DNA of 64,000 bases, taken from contig CAIOST010000191.1 in the NCBI GenBank assembly GCA_903861045.1, positions 23,116 to 87,115 on the forward strand. The letters run 5' to 3'. This DNA is from an uncultured bacterium (lineage in GTDB: Bacteria; Verrucomicrobiota; Kiritimatiellia; RFP12; CAIWXQ01). The notes below the pieces were generated by a model, which was not told the DNA's origin, made no database searches, and saw only the letters and a list, made by a program, of their open reading frames with translations. Shown piece after piece: positions 32,933 to 45,300 of the stretch; the stretch's first letter is position 1; each line of letters opens with the position of its first letter. Made by a program: the position numbers and the translations under genes.

Positions 32933-33532
32933 CTACACCTCCATCCGCCCGCCGATGGCCCGTTTCAGCGTCAGTGCATCGGCGTACCCCACGCCGCTAT
33001 CGGCCGGCAAACCAAAGGCCAACCGGGTGACACGCACGCCGCGAGAGCGCAGCATCTCGGCAATGAATCCCGCCGTGGCATCCCCCTCCATGTCCGTGCT
33101 CAGCGCCAACAGCACTTCCCGCACCTGTCCACCCGCCACACGCGTCGCCAAGGCCTGCAGCCGCAACTCCGTGGGGCCGGTCTGTTTAGCCGGCGAAAGC
33201 TTCCCCATCAAGGCATGATACCGGCCCCGAAAACCACCCGCCCGTTCCAGCGCGAGGATATCGCCGGCCTCTTCCACCACACATAGCAACGAGTCGTCGC
33301 GTGCCGGATCCGTGCACAACACGCAGGGATTGTCAGCCACCGATGTGAAGGCGCCGCACCGTTCGCAACAACGGACCTGCTGGCGGGCTTGCTGCAACGC
33401 CCGCACCAACTCGTCTAACAGCGGCTCCGGCCGCCGCACCAACGCCAGCGCAGCACGTTCCGCCGACCGCCGCCCCAGTCCCGGCAGTCGGCTTAACGCG
33501 CGAATCAAGGAATCCAGTGCCTGGTTGGACAT
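32933..33532 (-). CDS. recR: recombination protein RecR
   Basis: 199 aa, helix-hairpin-helix (LPGLGRRSAERAA) plus C4 zinc finger and Toprim. Confidence 0.9.
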   Translation of the reverse strand: MSNQALDSLIRALSRLPGLGRRSAERAALALVRRPEPLLDELVRALQQARQQVRCCERCGAFTSVADNPCVLCTDPARDDSLLCVVEEAGDILALERAGGFRGRYHALMGKLSPAKQTGPTELRLQALATRVAGGQVREVLLALSTDMEGDATAGFIAEMLRSRGVRVTRLAFGLPADSGVGYADALTLKRAIGGRMEV

Positions 33533-33624
33533 GTGTTATTATTGCCTGACACGCGCGGTCCATGGCCGCGATCAAAGGCCAGCCGGTGTTACGGTGCCGG
33601 CCCCCGACCCACCCCCGCCGCGCC

Positions 33625-33954
33625 TCAACCACCCAGCATGCTGGCCAAACCACCACCACCGCCCTGCTGCATCAGCTTGGCCATATGCTCCTGAGTCTGT
33701 TTCTTGACCGCCTTGAGCGCGCCATTCACCACGTTCAGCAACATCGTGTCGAAGCGCTCGGGCTTGCCGGCCACCACTTCTTTAAGCGCTTCCGGCGTGA
33801 TCTTGATCGACACGATCGTAAAATCGCCCCGCACCACGCAGGTGATGCCGCCGTTGCTGTATTCGCTGGTGATCTTCTCAATCTCCGCCTGGATGCGCTT
33901 GGCTTCCTTACGCATCTGCATCGCCTGTTTCACTTGCTCAAACATGTTCGCCAT
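33625..33954 (-). CDS. ybaB: nucleoid-associated protein YbaB/EbfC
   Basis: 109 aa, MANMFEQVKQAMQMRKEAKRIQAEI; conserved dnaX-ybaB-recR order. Confidence 0.9.
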   Translation of the reverse strand: MANMFEQVKQAMQMRKEAKRIQAEIEKITSEYSNGGITCVVRGDFTIVSIKITPEALKEVVAGKPERFDTMLLNVVNGALKAVKKQTQEHMAKLMQQGGGGGLASMLGG

Positions 33955-33974
33955 GATGTTTCTACCTTTACCAG

Positions 33975-35243
33975 TTATTCTTCCACTTCCACCACTTTGC
34001 TACCTTCAAACATTTCCAGCGCGCGCCGCACAATCGGATCTTCCATGACCGGTGTGCGCGTCGCCGGCGCGGCGGCCGCCAGGGCGGCCGGCGGGCTCGC
34101 CTGCCGTAACACATTTAACTGCCGCACAATCTCGTCAATGGTCACCATCGTGGCGGCCCGGCTGCAACGGACCAGCGCAATCTCCAGGCGCGTACGCACC
34201 GACAAGGTATGCCGCAGACTCTCCTCGGCCATCACCAGTTGCTCCGCCACACGCAGCAGACGGGCGGGATCCGCCAAGGATGCCTGCGCTTCCAGCACCC
34301 GCACCTGCTCCGGCGTGGCGTCCAGCGCTGCCGCCGCGGCCGATGCGCCGATCGTCTCATAGACCAGAAGATTACGCACATGCCCCAGCAGCTCCACCAC
34401 CAGCCGGCGCAGATCCTTGCCCGCACTGTCGAAGGCGTTCACCAGTTGCAGCATCGCACCCATTTCCCCCTGCAACATGTGGCCGACCAGCGACTCGAGC
34501 GACTTACGCGAGACCAACCCGAAGACCGCCAGCACATCCTCCTCGGTCAGGGTGTCGCCCTTGAAGGAGATCAGTTGATCCAAGGCCGAGAGCGCATCGC
34601 GCATCCCGCCATCCGCGCCACGTGCCACCGCCAGCAGGGCATCCTCGTCAATCGTGATCTGCTCGGCCGTGCAGATATGGCGCAGGCGCTCGACGATCAT
34701 GGCCGTGGCAATCCGCCGCAGATCAAAGCGTTGGCAGCGCGAAATGATGGTCGGCAGGATCTTATCCCCCTCCGTGGTCGCAAAGATGAACTTTACATGG
34801 GGCGGCGGCTCCTCCAGCGTCTTGAGCAAGGCGTTAAAAGCCGCCGTGGAAAGCATATGCACTTCGTCAATGATGAAGATCTTAAACTTGCCGCGTACCG
34901 GGGCAAAGCGCACCGCATCGCGCAGGTCGCGCACCTGGTCCACACCGTTGTTCGAGGCACCGTCAATCTCCAACACATCAAAGGAGTTGCCGCCGGCGAT
35001 CTCGCGGCACATATCGCAAGCGTCGCAGGGCGTGGCTGTCGGTCCCTGGGCACAGTTCAACGCCTTGGCAAAGATACGCGCCAGCGTGGTTTTGCCGATG
35101 CCGCGCGGCCCGACAAACAGAAAGGCATGCGCAATGCGCCCGCTTTCAATGGCATTGCGCAGCGTGCGCGTCACGTGGTCCTGCCCGACCACGTCCTCGA
35201 ACTGTTTGGGGCGCCACTTCCGCGCCAGCACTTCGTACGCCAT
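33975..35243 (-). CDS. dnaX: DNA polymerase III subunit gamma/tau (short form, 422 aa)
   Basis: AAA+ clamp-loader motifs (GPRGIGKTT, zinc module CxxC, SRC). Confidence 0.9.
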   Translation of the reverse strand: MAYEVLARKWRPKQFEDVVGQDHVTRTLRNAIESGRIAHAFLFVGPRGIGKTTLARIFAKALNCAQGPTATPCDACDMCREIAGGNSFDVLEIDGASNNGVDQVRDLRDAVRFAPVRGKFKIFIIDEVHMLSTAAFNALLKTLEEPPPHVKFIFATTEGDKILPTIISRCQRFDLRRIATAMIVERLRHICTAEQITIDEDALLAVARGADGGMRDALSALDQLISFKGDTLTEEDVLAVFGLVSRKSLESLVGHMLQGEMGAMLQLVNAFDSAGKDLRRLVVELLGHVRNLLVYETIGASAAAAALDATPEQVRVLEAQASLADPARLLRVAEQLVMAEESLRHTLSVRTRLEIALVRCSRAATMVTIDEIVRQLNVLRQASPPAALAAAAPATRTPVMEDPIVRRALEMFEGSKVVEVEE

Positions 35244-35442
35244 GATGCCACTTCCTTAGCCGGTCAACCCACAAGCGGGATACCCGCTCGGACCGGGGAA
35301 ATCAATACTCGGTTACCGGCGGAAACTCAAGCCGGAACCGCTACCCCCCGCACCCGCGTCTTGCCATTTTTCCCGGCTTGGAATATGGTGACAGCCGTAA
35401 CCGCCTTGGTCATCAACCTTATGGGGCGGACGGAGAGCCACC

Positions 35443-36309
35443 ATGCGCACCTTGCTCGATATCACCCCCCGCACCCAATTCTGCGCCGTTACCGGCAACC
35501 CGGTCGGCCATAGCCTGTCGCCCGCCATTCACAATGCCGCCTTCAACCACCTCAATCTAGACTTCATCTACCTAGCCTGTCCGGTGGAGGACGTCGCCAG
35601 CCTGCTGGGCGGCATGCGGGCCATCCGGACCTTCCGGGGCCTTAGTGTGACGATCCCGCACAAGATGGCAGCGATGAAATATGTCGATGAAATCGCGGAG
35701 GTAGACCGCAGCATCGGCGCCATCAACACGATCATTCACGAGGACAACCGCCTGATCGGCTTGGGAACCGACGGTCCGGCCGCGCTGCAAGCCCTGACCG
35801 AGCATGGCGGGGCGACGGATGGCCGGCACGTGCTCTTCCTCGGCGCCGGCGGCGCCGCCCGGGCCATCGCCTTCACCCTGGCCCGCCAGGCCCCGCCCGC
35901 ACAGATTACCCTGCTAGACATCAACGACCCGCTCTTGCAGGGGTTGCAGCGTGACCTGCAAGCCGGGACGGGCACGCCGATCCAGGCTGCACACCTGCAG
36001 GAAGAAACCTTGCGCGACGCCATGGCCAGCGCCGATGTCGTGATCCACTGTACCTCTGTAGGAATGCACCCCAAAGTGGACGCCTCTCTGGTACCGGCGG
36101 CCCTGTTCCGCCCCGGCCAGGTGGTCTTCGACATCGTCTACACGCCGCTGGAGACCAAACTCCTGCGTGACGCCCGCGCCGCTGGGGCCCGGGTCATTCC
36201 CGGCCTTGAAATGTTTGTCCTGCAGGCCGCTCTGCAGTTCTACCATTTCACCGGACAGCCTGCACCCGTGGCGGTTATGCGGCAGGTGGTATTAGCGCAT
36301 CTGCAATAA
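35443..36309 (+). CDS. aroE: shikimate dehydrogenase
   Basis: 288 aa, VTGNPVGHSLSPAIHNAAF substrate motif and GAGGAARA Rossmann motif. Confidence 0.85.
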   Translation: MRTLLDITPRTQFCAVTGNPVGHSLSPAIHNAAFNHLNLDFIYLACPVEDVASLLGGMRAIRTFRGLSVTIPHKMAAMKYVDEIAEVDRSIGAINTIIHEDNRLIGLGTDGPAALQALTEHGGATDGRHVLFLGAGGAARAIAFTLARQAPPAQITLLDINDPLLQGLQRDLQAGTGTPIQAAHLQEETLRDAMASADVVIHCTSVGMHPKVDASLVPAALFRPGQVVFDIVYTPLETKLLRDARAAGARVIPGLEMFVLQAALQFYHFTGQPAPVAVMRQVVLAHLQ

Positions 36310-36333
36310 AGGCGGACAGGGGGCTCCGCGCAG

Positions 36334-36377
36334 AAAAAAAAGCGAGGCGGTCTTCGTGACCACCTCGCTGTTTTTTT
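36334..36377. terminator. bidirectional rho-independent terminator between convergent aroE and the giant gene
   Basis: A8 - AGCGAGG...CCTCGCT stem (7 bp, 15-nt loop) - T7. Confidence 0.6.
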
Positions 36378-36391
36378 GCCCCTATGCCGGT

Positions 36392-39300
36392 TTACGGCAT
36401 CAGCAGCGCCGCGCTCACTCGATAGAACGCGCCCGCCGGCGCACTCTCATCCGTAAAGCTACGCATCTGCGCCGCCTCGCCCGGTTGCGCCTGCAGCGTC
36501 CCCGCCACCACCCACTGGCTCAAGTTAGTGGACCGCCAGACCGTGTAGACGATCGGATAGATATACACGGTCGGCGAACGCCAAGACAACAATGGCGCTC
36601 CCAATGCTGAGGCCGTGATACCCGGAATCTCAAACAACTTCCCGTCGCCTAGGTAGGCATCGAGATCCCCGATATGTCCGCCGAGCGAGCATGGGCTGTG
36701 CGTGTTCAATCCCAGCGCCAGCTCCACTCCATCCGGCAGTCCATCGTAATCGCTATCCATCAAATTCGGGCTGGCATCCATCGGGCCATCGGCATAGTCC
36801 CGCCAGAGTGCATACCCCTTCCAGGTGATCTCCTCCCCACTATGGGCGGCAATCGAACCGAAGTTCTGCACCTCCCACGAATCGGGCAGCTTGTCGTTGT
36901 CCGTATCGCGATCGCGCAGCATGAGTTTTACCCCGGCGGCAGGCAGGACCGACGGCCCCACACTGAACGTACGGATCTCCTGATTCCCGGCGCCGTCATC
37001 CGGCACCTGGTTGCGCACAAACCCCCAGGTTTCAGGCGTGTTCAGCAATCCATCGCCATTCAGGTCCAAGAACCCTAGCAGCGCATAGTTGCCCGACGGC
37101 AAGCCGCTGAAGGTAAAGGCCCCCTTCTTTTGCAAGATGACCTGTGCCACCGGGCGACCGCTGAAGCCCGGCACATCCTGCACGCGGTAGGCCTGCACAA
37201 TGAACGGATTCCCATGGTAGTCGTAGGTTGCCAGGAAGTTATCGGTGTTGTTCGGCACCAACGGGAAGGCCACGGAGAGAATCTTACCGGACACGTAATC
37301 CACCGTGCACTGGCTGTTGAGCCATGCGGCGGATGAGTTGTTCGTGTCGACCCGCAGCGTCACGCTGGTAAGATTAGAGGTGATAGCCCCCACGTCCGTG
37401 AAGACAACCAGGTTCGAGGCCATGCCCGCGCGACTGAGGCGCAACGACAGCGTCCCCGCCGTCACGACACTGTTGGTCAGCGCCTTATTGCTGAACACCT
37501 TTATCGCCCCGCCCACCCCGTTGAACACCCGCTCATCGGTGGCATGGTTCGCGACCTTGCCAAAGTATTCCAGCGTACCGCTGATGCTATACGGACCCAT
37601 CACCGCCACCTGCTGCTGGCCATTGCCCGGCAGAGAGCTGCCGGTGGTATCCAGCACCACCCGCGACCAGGCCGTATAGCTGTCGCCTAGGATGTTCGGG
37701 TTGTTCTTGGGCGTAACACGCCAGTAGTACACGCCATCTGCCATACTCAGGAACCCGGGTTCGGCATATTGCGGCTTGTAGCAATAGTGCGCCACCCCCC
37801 CATCATCGCGATAGAACGGCGCGCGTATCACCGCGCTCAGGATCACCGGACCCGTCATGCTGGTCTGGCGCACTTCCAAGGCAAATGCAGCCACGTCATC
37901 CGCCGCCGTCCACTCGAACTGCAGCGGCAGGGTATGCACCGTCGCGTTCAGCGGCGCTATGATCGTGGGCGTATCAAAAGAGGCCGTCGTCCAGCGCTGC
38001 TGGAATGTCGCGTACGGGATGGAAGGCACAAACGTATCCAACCGCCCGCTCGGGTTATGCATCACCGACCACCGGTACTGCGGCACATAATCACCGCTCT
38101 TAGGGGGCGTACCCAGGCCGGTCAGTTTGCCAATATGAACCAGGTCGGCTTCGGTGACGTACGCACGTGGCGCGCGCAGCGTAATATCCGCCACGGTCGT
38201 ATATTGCGTCGAGCCGGCCTGCATCCAGATGTAATCAACCTGCACACGGCTGCTGGTCACCCCTTCCGGCAGGGTCCACTTGAGGCGCGGGAAGCCGATG
38301 GGCGCATCCTGGAGCATGAACTCGACGGCTACCGCGCTCCACCCCACCGTGACAGGTTGGTAGATGGCGTAGCCACAGGGCTCGCCTGCATTCCACGACC
38401 CACTGCCATCCACATCCATGTAGGCGAAGAACCAGTTCTGGCCCTCGCGCAGGCCGCCTTCCTCGATATCCGCCGCGCTCAAGGACACGGTCTGCACCGC
38501 GCCCGTCGGGCCAGGGGCGACAAAGATCGCGTCCGGCGTGCCATCGCGCAAGTCGGTCGTGTAGCTCTCGATGCGGATCTCGCCGGAAGCCTCCCCGCCG
38601 TACCAGATGGTGGCCACTAGCGCTGGCTGCGGCTTGACGCTCGCTGCCATGGGATCTGACCCGGACATGTACTCGCCGTAATTGGACCAGCCGTCCTTGT
38701 CGGGATCGTTCGCGGCCTCATACTCGTACGGCAGCAGGCCATGCTTCGCCTTCCAAGCCGGCGGCAGGCTGTCCATCGGTGTGTAGAGCTCACCGAAGGT
38801 TAGATCCTGATCGCTCCAGCGGTTGTCATAATCCAGGAAGCCGTTTCCGATGCTATCTGGCCGGCGCGGATCCGTACCTGCCAAATATTCGGCCGCATTG
38901 CAAAGGCCGTCATGATCCGGGTCACCCCATGTGCCATTGTTGTCATCCCCGCCAGACGGATCCAGACCGTACTGGTTTTCCCACCAGTCCGGCAAGCCAT
39001 CGCCATCGCTATCGGCATTGAACGGATAATCCGCCGTGGCATTCGCATTGGTGGTGAAGTAGACACCCGCGCCGAGTTTACCGGCGTAGGCATCGAAGGT
39101 AAACGGCTCCACCCCCATCCGATAGGTGAAGTCTTCCAGCGTGGTGCCACCATCGGTACAGGGGAACATACCGACCAGGGCGACGCGCTGCATGGAGAGC
39201 ATCGGATCCGTGGTAATCGGCACGCTGCCGATCAACCCACGCAAGACTCTGGCATCCGGAATGTAAACACCATACTCCGTATCTGGGTTGCGTAGCGCGG

Positions 39301-42300
39301 AGCGCTCATCCGCGGTAATGCCAACCTGGAAATCAAAGTTGAAATAGGTTACCAGCCCCCGCTCGTTCCCCGACAGATTCCGGGTTGCGAGACCGCTCAC
39401 CAACTTACCCTTGTCATCCAGGCCGGCCATTTCCGCAGAAGCTAACGCTCGGTTCCAGATCCGGATTTCGTCCATCTCACCGACCAAGGTCTCGCCGAAC
39501 ACGCAGGGACCGGCCGCCGCATTCACATACCAGAAGTTCATAGGATCCGGAATAATATTGGGGATATCCGGCATGTACATGCGCTCCTGCTTCGTATCCA
39601 ACAGGCCGTCCACGTAGAGATAACAAGCGTTGGCATCGCGAATGTACGCCACATGATGCCAATTACCGTCATTTACCGGGATCTCACCCTCAATGTCATT
39701 CACATTGAAATCAAGCCCAGACAGCCATTCGATGCCGTTGGCGCCGGTATGCCAGACGCCATACGCTAGTGCGTACCGCCCCAACAACGTCCCTTGCCCA
39801 GACAGGCCCAGGCAATAATTGAAGTTGTCGTCCGTCTCGTTGCTTTGACTACGACGGGTGATCAGACGCCCACCCCCAGCGGTGGTCTTTACCCAGCATT
39901 CCAACGTCCAATCCTCACGGAGCATATCGACTGAGTCCCCGTTGGGCAGCAGCGAGGTCGCCGTCTCTTTCAAATGCCCGTTACCACTCAATTGCAAACG
40001 GCCGGCCGTGGTGTTGCCACTCCCCACCAACAGGGTGGAAGCCCGGTTATCCGCGATGGACTGATCGTCCTGCGCGATCTTCCAGAGGCGGATATTGGTG
40101 AGCTTGCCACGGAAGCCCGGCCCACCGAAGATCACGTCACCGGGGCCAATGGCGGACTGCCAGCCCACAAACGTATTGGCCACCTTAACGCCATCCACGA
40201 AGAGAGCCAGTTCGTTATCCAAGCCGCTGTTACTGATCGTAAACCGGGCCGCCAAATGCACCCACTGGTTGGTCGCCAGCCTATTGCCCGGCAACAGGGT
40301 TGCCACCACGCTGGCTCCGCTCAGGTCCGTGTCAAAGGCCGCATACGGCACACCATTGGACAAGCCCAGCTCGTAGTTGCGCAGGTTCTTGTCATACGTG
40401 CGACGGCTAATCAGCGGCATAACCCCGGCCGCGATCGCATCCAGTTTGACGTAGGTCTCGATGGTCCACGCAGACATGCTGTGACGTGCGGTGAAGCGAT
40501 TATTGACCTTGTCCTGCACGGTCACGATGTTGCCGGTCGCCGCCCCCGTGAAGGCCAGCGTACGCAACATGAAGGGGCTGCTGGAGTCCGCCGGGTTCGT
40601 ATCCCCGCTCAACTCCGCGCCGTCGTTACGGCCGTCGTCGTCCGTATCGGCATTTCCCGGGTTGGTATGGGTCAGATCCTGTTCCACCCCATTCGAGATG
40701 CCGTCGCCATCGGCATCCTCATCGTAGTCGCTGATGCCGTTGTTGTTCGAGTCGGCCTGCAACGGATTGGTTCCCGCCAGATACTCATACAGGTTGCGCA
40801 GCCCGTCGCCATCCGGGTCGCCATCGGCGCTGTCATTACCAGACGCGCTAAACGGATCGAGCCCATTGGCGGTCTCCCACCAGTCCGGCAGACCGTCGCC
40901 ATCCGAGTCACCCGTGGTCTTCACTACTTCGCTCGTTGCCAGGACCGCCCCCGCCGAGAGTTGGCCGGCATAGCGCCAGTCGCGGCGCCAGTCGGCGGCC
41001 AGGGTGAAGTCTTCCACCGTCGTACCGCCATCGTCAAAGCGGAACCACCCCGCCAGACCGTTAACCACCACCGCGCCACCGCCGCCGCCACCGAGCTTGG
41101 GTAGAATGTTACCCACATTCAGGCGGCCGCCCGTGACGGTTTTACCCGCTAGGGCCGGATCGGGATCCACGTTATTCAGAATGGCGGCCTTCAACGCCGC
41201 ATAGCCCAGCCGGTTATCGACCGACAGCACCAGCGCCGCCGCGCCCACCACCTGCGGCGCGGCCATGGAGGTGCCGCTCGCCAGACCATTGGAGCGGCCC
41301 ATTTCCGAGCCACCCATCGGCAGGGTGCTCAGGATGTCCACGCCGGGCGCGCCCAGATCCACGGTCTGCGCCCCGTAGTTACTGAAGTAGGCCAGCGCAT
41401 CACGATTATCCGTTGCAGCCACGGCTATGATGTTGTCGAGGTCATACGAGGCGGGATAGGCCGGCGTCGCGTCGTTGTCATTCGCATCGTTAGCCGCAGC
41501 GGCCACGAACAAATGGTCGTTGTTGCCGGCGGTCAGAATGGCATCATACAGCGCCTGCGAGTACTGGTAGCCGGCCCAACTGTTATTGCTGACGCGTGCG
41601 CCCATCTTCCAGGCATATTCGATCGCGGCCAGCGCCGCCGACAGGCTCAACCCGCCTACGTTGTCAGCAATCTTTAGCGCCATAAGCTTGACGTTCCAGT
41701 TGACGCCGCAGAGGCCGGAGCCCTCGTTGCCGCTGGCGCCAATAATTCCCGCACAATGCGTGCCGTGGCCGATGAGATCATCCATCGGGTCGGCATCGCC
41801 GGCGCCAAAGTCGTAGCCGTAGACGTCGTCCACATAGCCGTTGCCGTCGTCGTCAATGCCGTTGCCTGCAATTTCGCCCGGGTTCTTCCACATGTTGTTC
41901 TTCAGATCCGGGTTGGTATAGTCAATGCCCGTGTCAATCACGGCCACGACCACCGAGCCCTTCCCGTGGCTAACATCCCACGCCGTCGGCGCATCGATAT
42001 CCGCACCGGCCACGCCGCCGCCCGGCCCATTGGTACCCAGGTTGCGCAGCGCCCACTGCTGGCGGAAGAGCGGGTCATTCGGGGTGGTCTCGCAGAGTTG
42101 CAGGGCGTAGTTCTGCTCGACATACGCCACACGGCTGTCGGCGCGTAGCGCGGCCATCTTGGTCGCCAGGTCACTGCCGTCGGTGATCCGCACATGCAGC
42201 GCGGGTATGATGTTAAAGCTCTTAACCACGCTCACACCGGCAAACGACTGCGCCAGCGGCGCGACCGCCAGGCGTCCACCGGTTGGCTTCAACCCGATGA

Positions 42301-45300
42301 TCAGCTCATCCGCCGAAGCACCCGTGGCGAGCACCTGTGCGGAGGAACTCGCCTGCTGGCGACTGACCGCGGCGCTGGCGGCGGCGGTCGTGTTGCTGAA
42401 GCTCACCTGCTGCCCGCCGGCCATCTGCCGGATGGCGTCCCCGTTGTATGCAAACGCTGCGATGCGCACATCGTCGAGCAAGCCTTCGAAGCCGCTGGCC
42501 ACACCCACGCCGTTGGCGCTTAGGCGGCCACCACCGATGGTCAGCTCACCACCCAGCGCCATGTTCGCACCCGCGCCGGTCACCGGCGCCACATAGACAT
42601 CCTTGCGCCAAGCCACGAGCTCGCCGTTCACAAACAGCTTCAGCGCATTCGAGGCGGCCTGGTACGAGGCCGCCAGGTGCGTCCACTTTTGAGCAGCGAT
42701 CTCATCAAAGTGGTCCATGCCGTTTAACATCACCGTGCCGGCTTGGTTAGCCTCCACACGCATCTCGCCGGGCACGCCGTTGGTCAAGGTGCTGTACCTG
42801 ATATACGGCCGCAGCACGCCTGCCCGGTTCGCCACACCCAGTTCGTAATTTACCAGCCCATCGGTGAGCGTGCGCGCCACGATAATGCCCTCGGCACCAT
42901 TCGTCGGCCACACCCAGGCCGCCAGCGTGAACTGTTCATCCATGGCATGACGGGCCTGCGGCGGAACCAGCACACGGGCATTGCCGTCCAACGACAAGGA
43001 CCGATTGACCATCGGGCTAAGCGAGCTGAGCGGGTCCGTCATGCCCGGCGCCAGAATCGATGTGCCCATGACCTCTTGGTAGTCAGGCGTTCCGTCATCA
43101 TCCGTGTCGGCGAGATCCGGCATGGTCCCGAGTTGCTGTTCCAAGCCATTGGAGAGGCCGTCGCCATCCGCATCCAGCTCAGCATCGGCCACCAACCCGC
43201 CAAAGGTGGCGGCGGCCAGCGGATTGAGCCGGGCCCGGTATTCGTAGTAATTGTTCAACCCATCGCCGTCGGCATCATCCGCGCCCGTGTACGTCGAAAT
43301 CGAGCCAAACGCGGCGATCTCCCAGGCGTCGGGTAGTTCATCCGAGTCCTGGTCCACAAACTGCGTTGCCGCGATAGGTGTATGGGTGCTAACCAGCAGC
43401 GCATCACCAATCAACTCGCCAGCATGCGCCCAGTTGTTCAGCCAGTCGGCCCGCGGGGCCGCAAAGTCCTCCACCCGGTTGATTGCCAAACCGAAGGCGT
43501 TGGTCGTGGAGCTGACGCCAAACGGCCCGTCGTCGAAGCGATAGTAAAGCGCGGGACCATTAACCATATTCTCGTAGGTTTGGTACGCGCCGGCCGACAG
43601 GCTCGCCACGCTCTCAGCCACCGCCCAGATGCGAACTTCATCCAGCAGGCCGCAGAAGCCTTCGCCCACCCGCACCACAGGCGCGGCGGAACCGTACGCC
43701 AATGACGGCAGCACTTCCACCGCGGTTTGCGCCGCCAGTCGCCCATCGAGGTAGAGGCGCAGCTTGCCGGCGTCGGCATCATAGACACCCGCCAAGTGGT
43801 ACCACTGGTTACTGCGGCTCAGGGTCGTCGCCCCCTGCGCGATCCGGTTATATAGCACACCGTGGAACACACCCGCCAACCGCACATACGGCAAGTGGTT
43901 GGTAAAGCCTAGCTCATAGTTAACCGTTGTACCCAGCCCGCGCTGGATCACGCAGCCATTGCCCGGGAAGGCCGGATCCGGATTCACCCACGCTTCCACG
44001 GTCCAAGAGCCATTCAACGCCAGACGGGTTTGATTGACAGGCAGTTTCACATACCCCGTTCCCGACAGCATGAGCGCTCCGCTCTTGGCCGGCGACAGCG
44101 ACGCATTCGGCAGCGTAAACTGATGCGCCGTGGTGCCACGCACCTCATCAAAGTCGGAGATACCATCATCATCGGTATCCGCCAGCAACGGATGCAGACC
44201 ATAGCGTTCCTTCTCCGCGTTGGTCAAGCCGTTGGTCGTTCCCATCGCCCAATAGACCGGCGCCAGCTCGCTCCCCAGCAGTTGCCCGGTAGGCTGCCAA
44301 ACCGGATCACGCGGATCCTGCCGCAACTTGCCATCGGCATCCATCAGGTAGATATAGGCCACCGAGACGCCGCTGCTCGAGAGGTCGCGCGCGCCATCTT
44401 GCACGCCATCGCCGAAGCTGTCGCTGCTGTACGGGTTCAAGCCATACTGGATTTCCCACCAGTCCGCCAGTCCGTCACCATCACTATCCAGCGTGCCCGG
44501 CAGCTCACTGGCATCCGTACCGAAGTTGCCGAAGAAGGTGGCGCCGCCCACCAGCGTGCCGGCATGGATCCAGTGGTTGGCCCAATCGGCAGTGACGGCC
44601 GCGTTCTGCACCTGACCACCCTGCGCCCAGCCCTGACGACCGCTGCCGTAGTAGGTGGCGGCGGCATAAATATGATTGGTTACGCGCGCGTCCGCGGCCG
44701 CCGTGTTGTCGTCGAAGTGGTACTCCAGCACCGGGACCGACCCGCCACGCACCACCACATCATCCAACATACCCGCAAAGCCACGACCGATACGTAACGC
44801 CGCCGGTCCCAGCGCCATCGTCAGCGGCCGCAGTTCCGTGATCGCGGCTGCGACCAGTGCCTGCGGAGCCACCGCACTCCCTTGGTAGAGGGAAAGCTTC
44901 CCGCTGGTGGCATCGAAGATCGCCCGCACCACGCCCCACTGATTAGCCGGCAACGCGGATAGCTCCGGCGCCGTCAGCGTCACATTGGTGGTGGGTGTCG
45001 CGAACTGAACAAACGGCACATAGTTGGACGTGAGGCCTAAGCAGTAGTTGTACCGTCCATCCGCCACCTGCCGCGCCACAATCTCTGCGGTGCCGCTTGG
45101 GCGACTGGTCGGGAAGACCCAAGCCGAGATATCGAACGAGCTCAACGCCTGCTGCGCGTCTGGTGCGGCCAGCACGTAGCTAGTGGGCTGCCCATCCAGC
45201 CGTAGCACGCTCGTCAGCGCTGGGCTCGCCGCATCAGCGCCGTCCATATCGTAGCGCACTTCTAGCGCATCCGTTAGGCCGTCGTCATCCGTATCCGCTA

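Noticed and set aside
35244-35442. Possible 4.5S/SRP RNA (ffs) upstream of dnaX, as found in many bacteria
   Set aside because: No match to the conserved domain-IV motif (GGUCCGGAAGGAAGCAGC) on either strand. Only generic hairpins are present.
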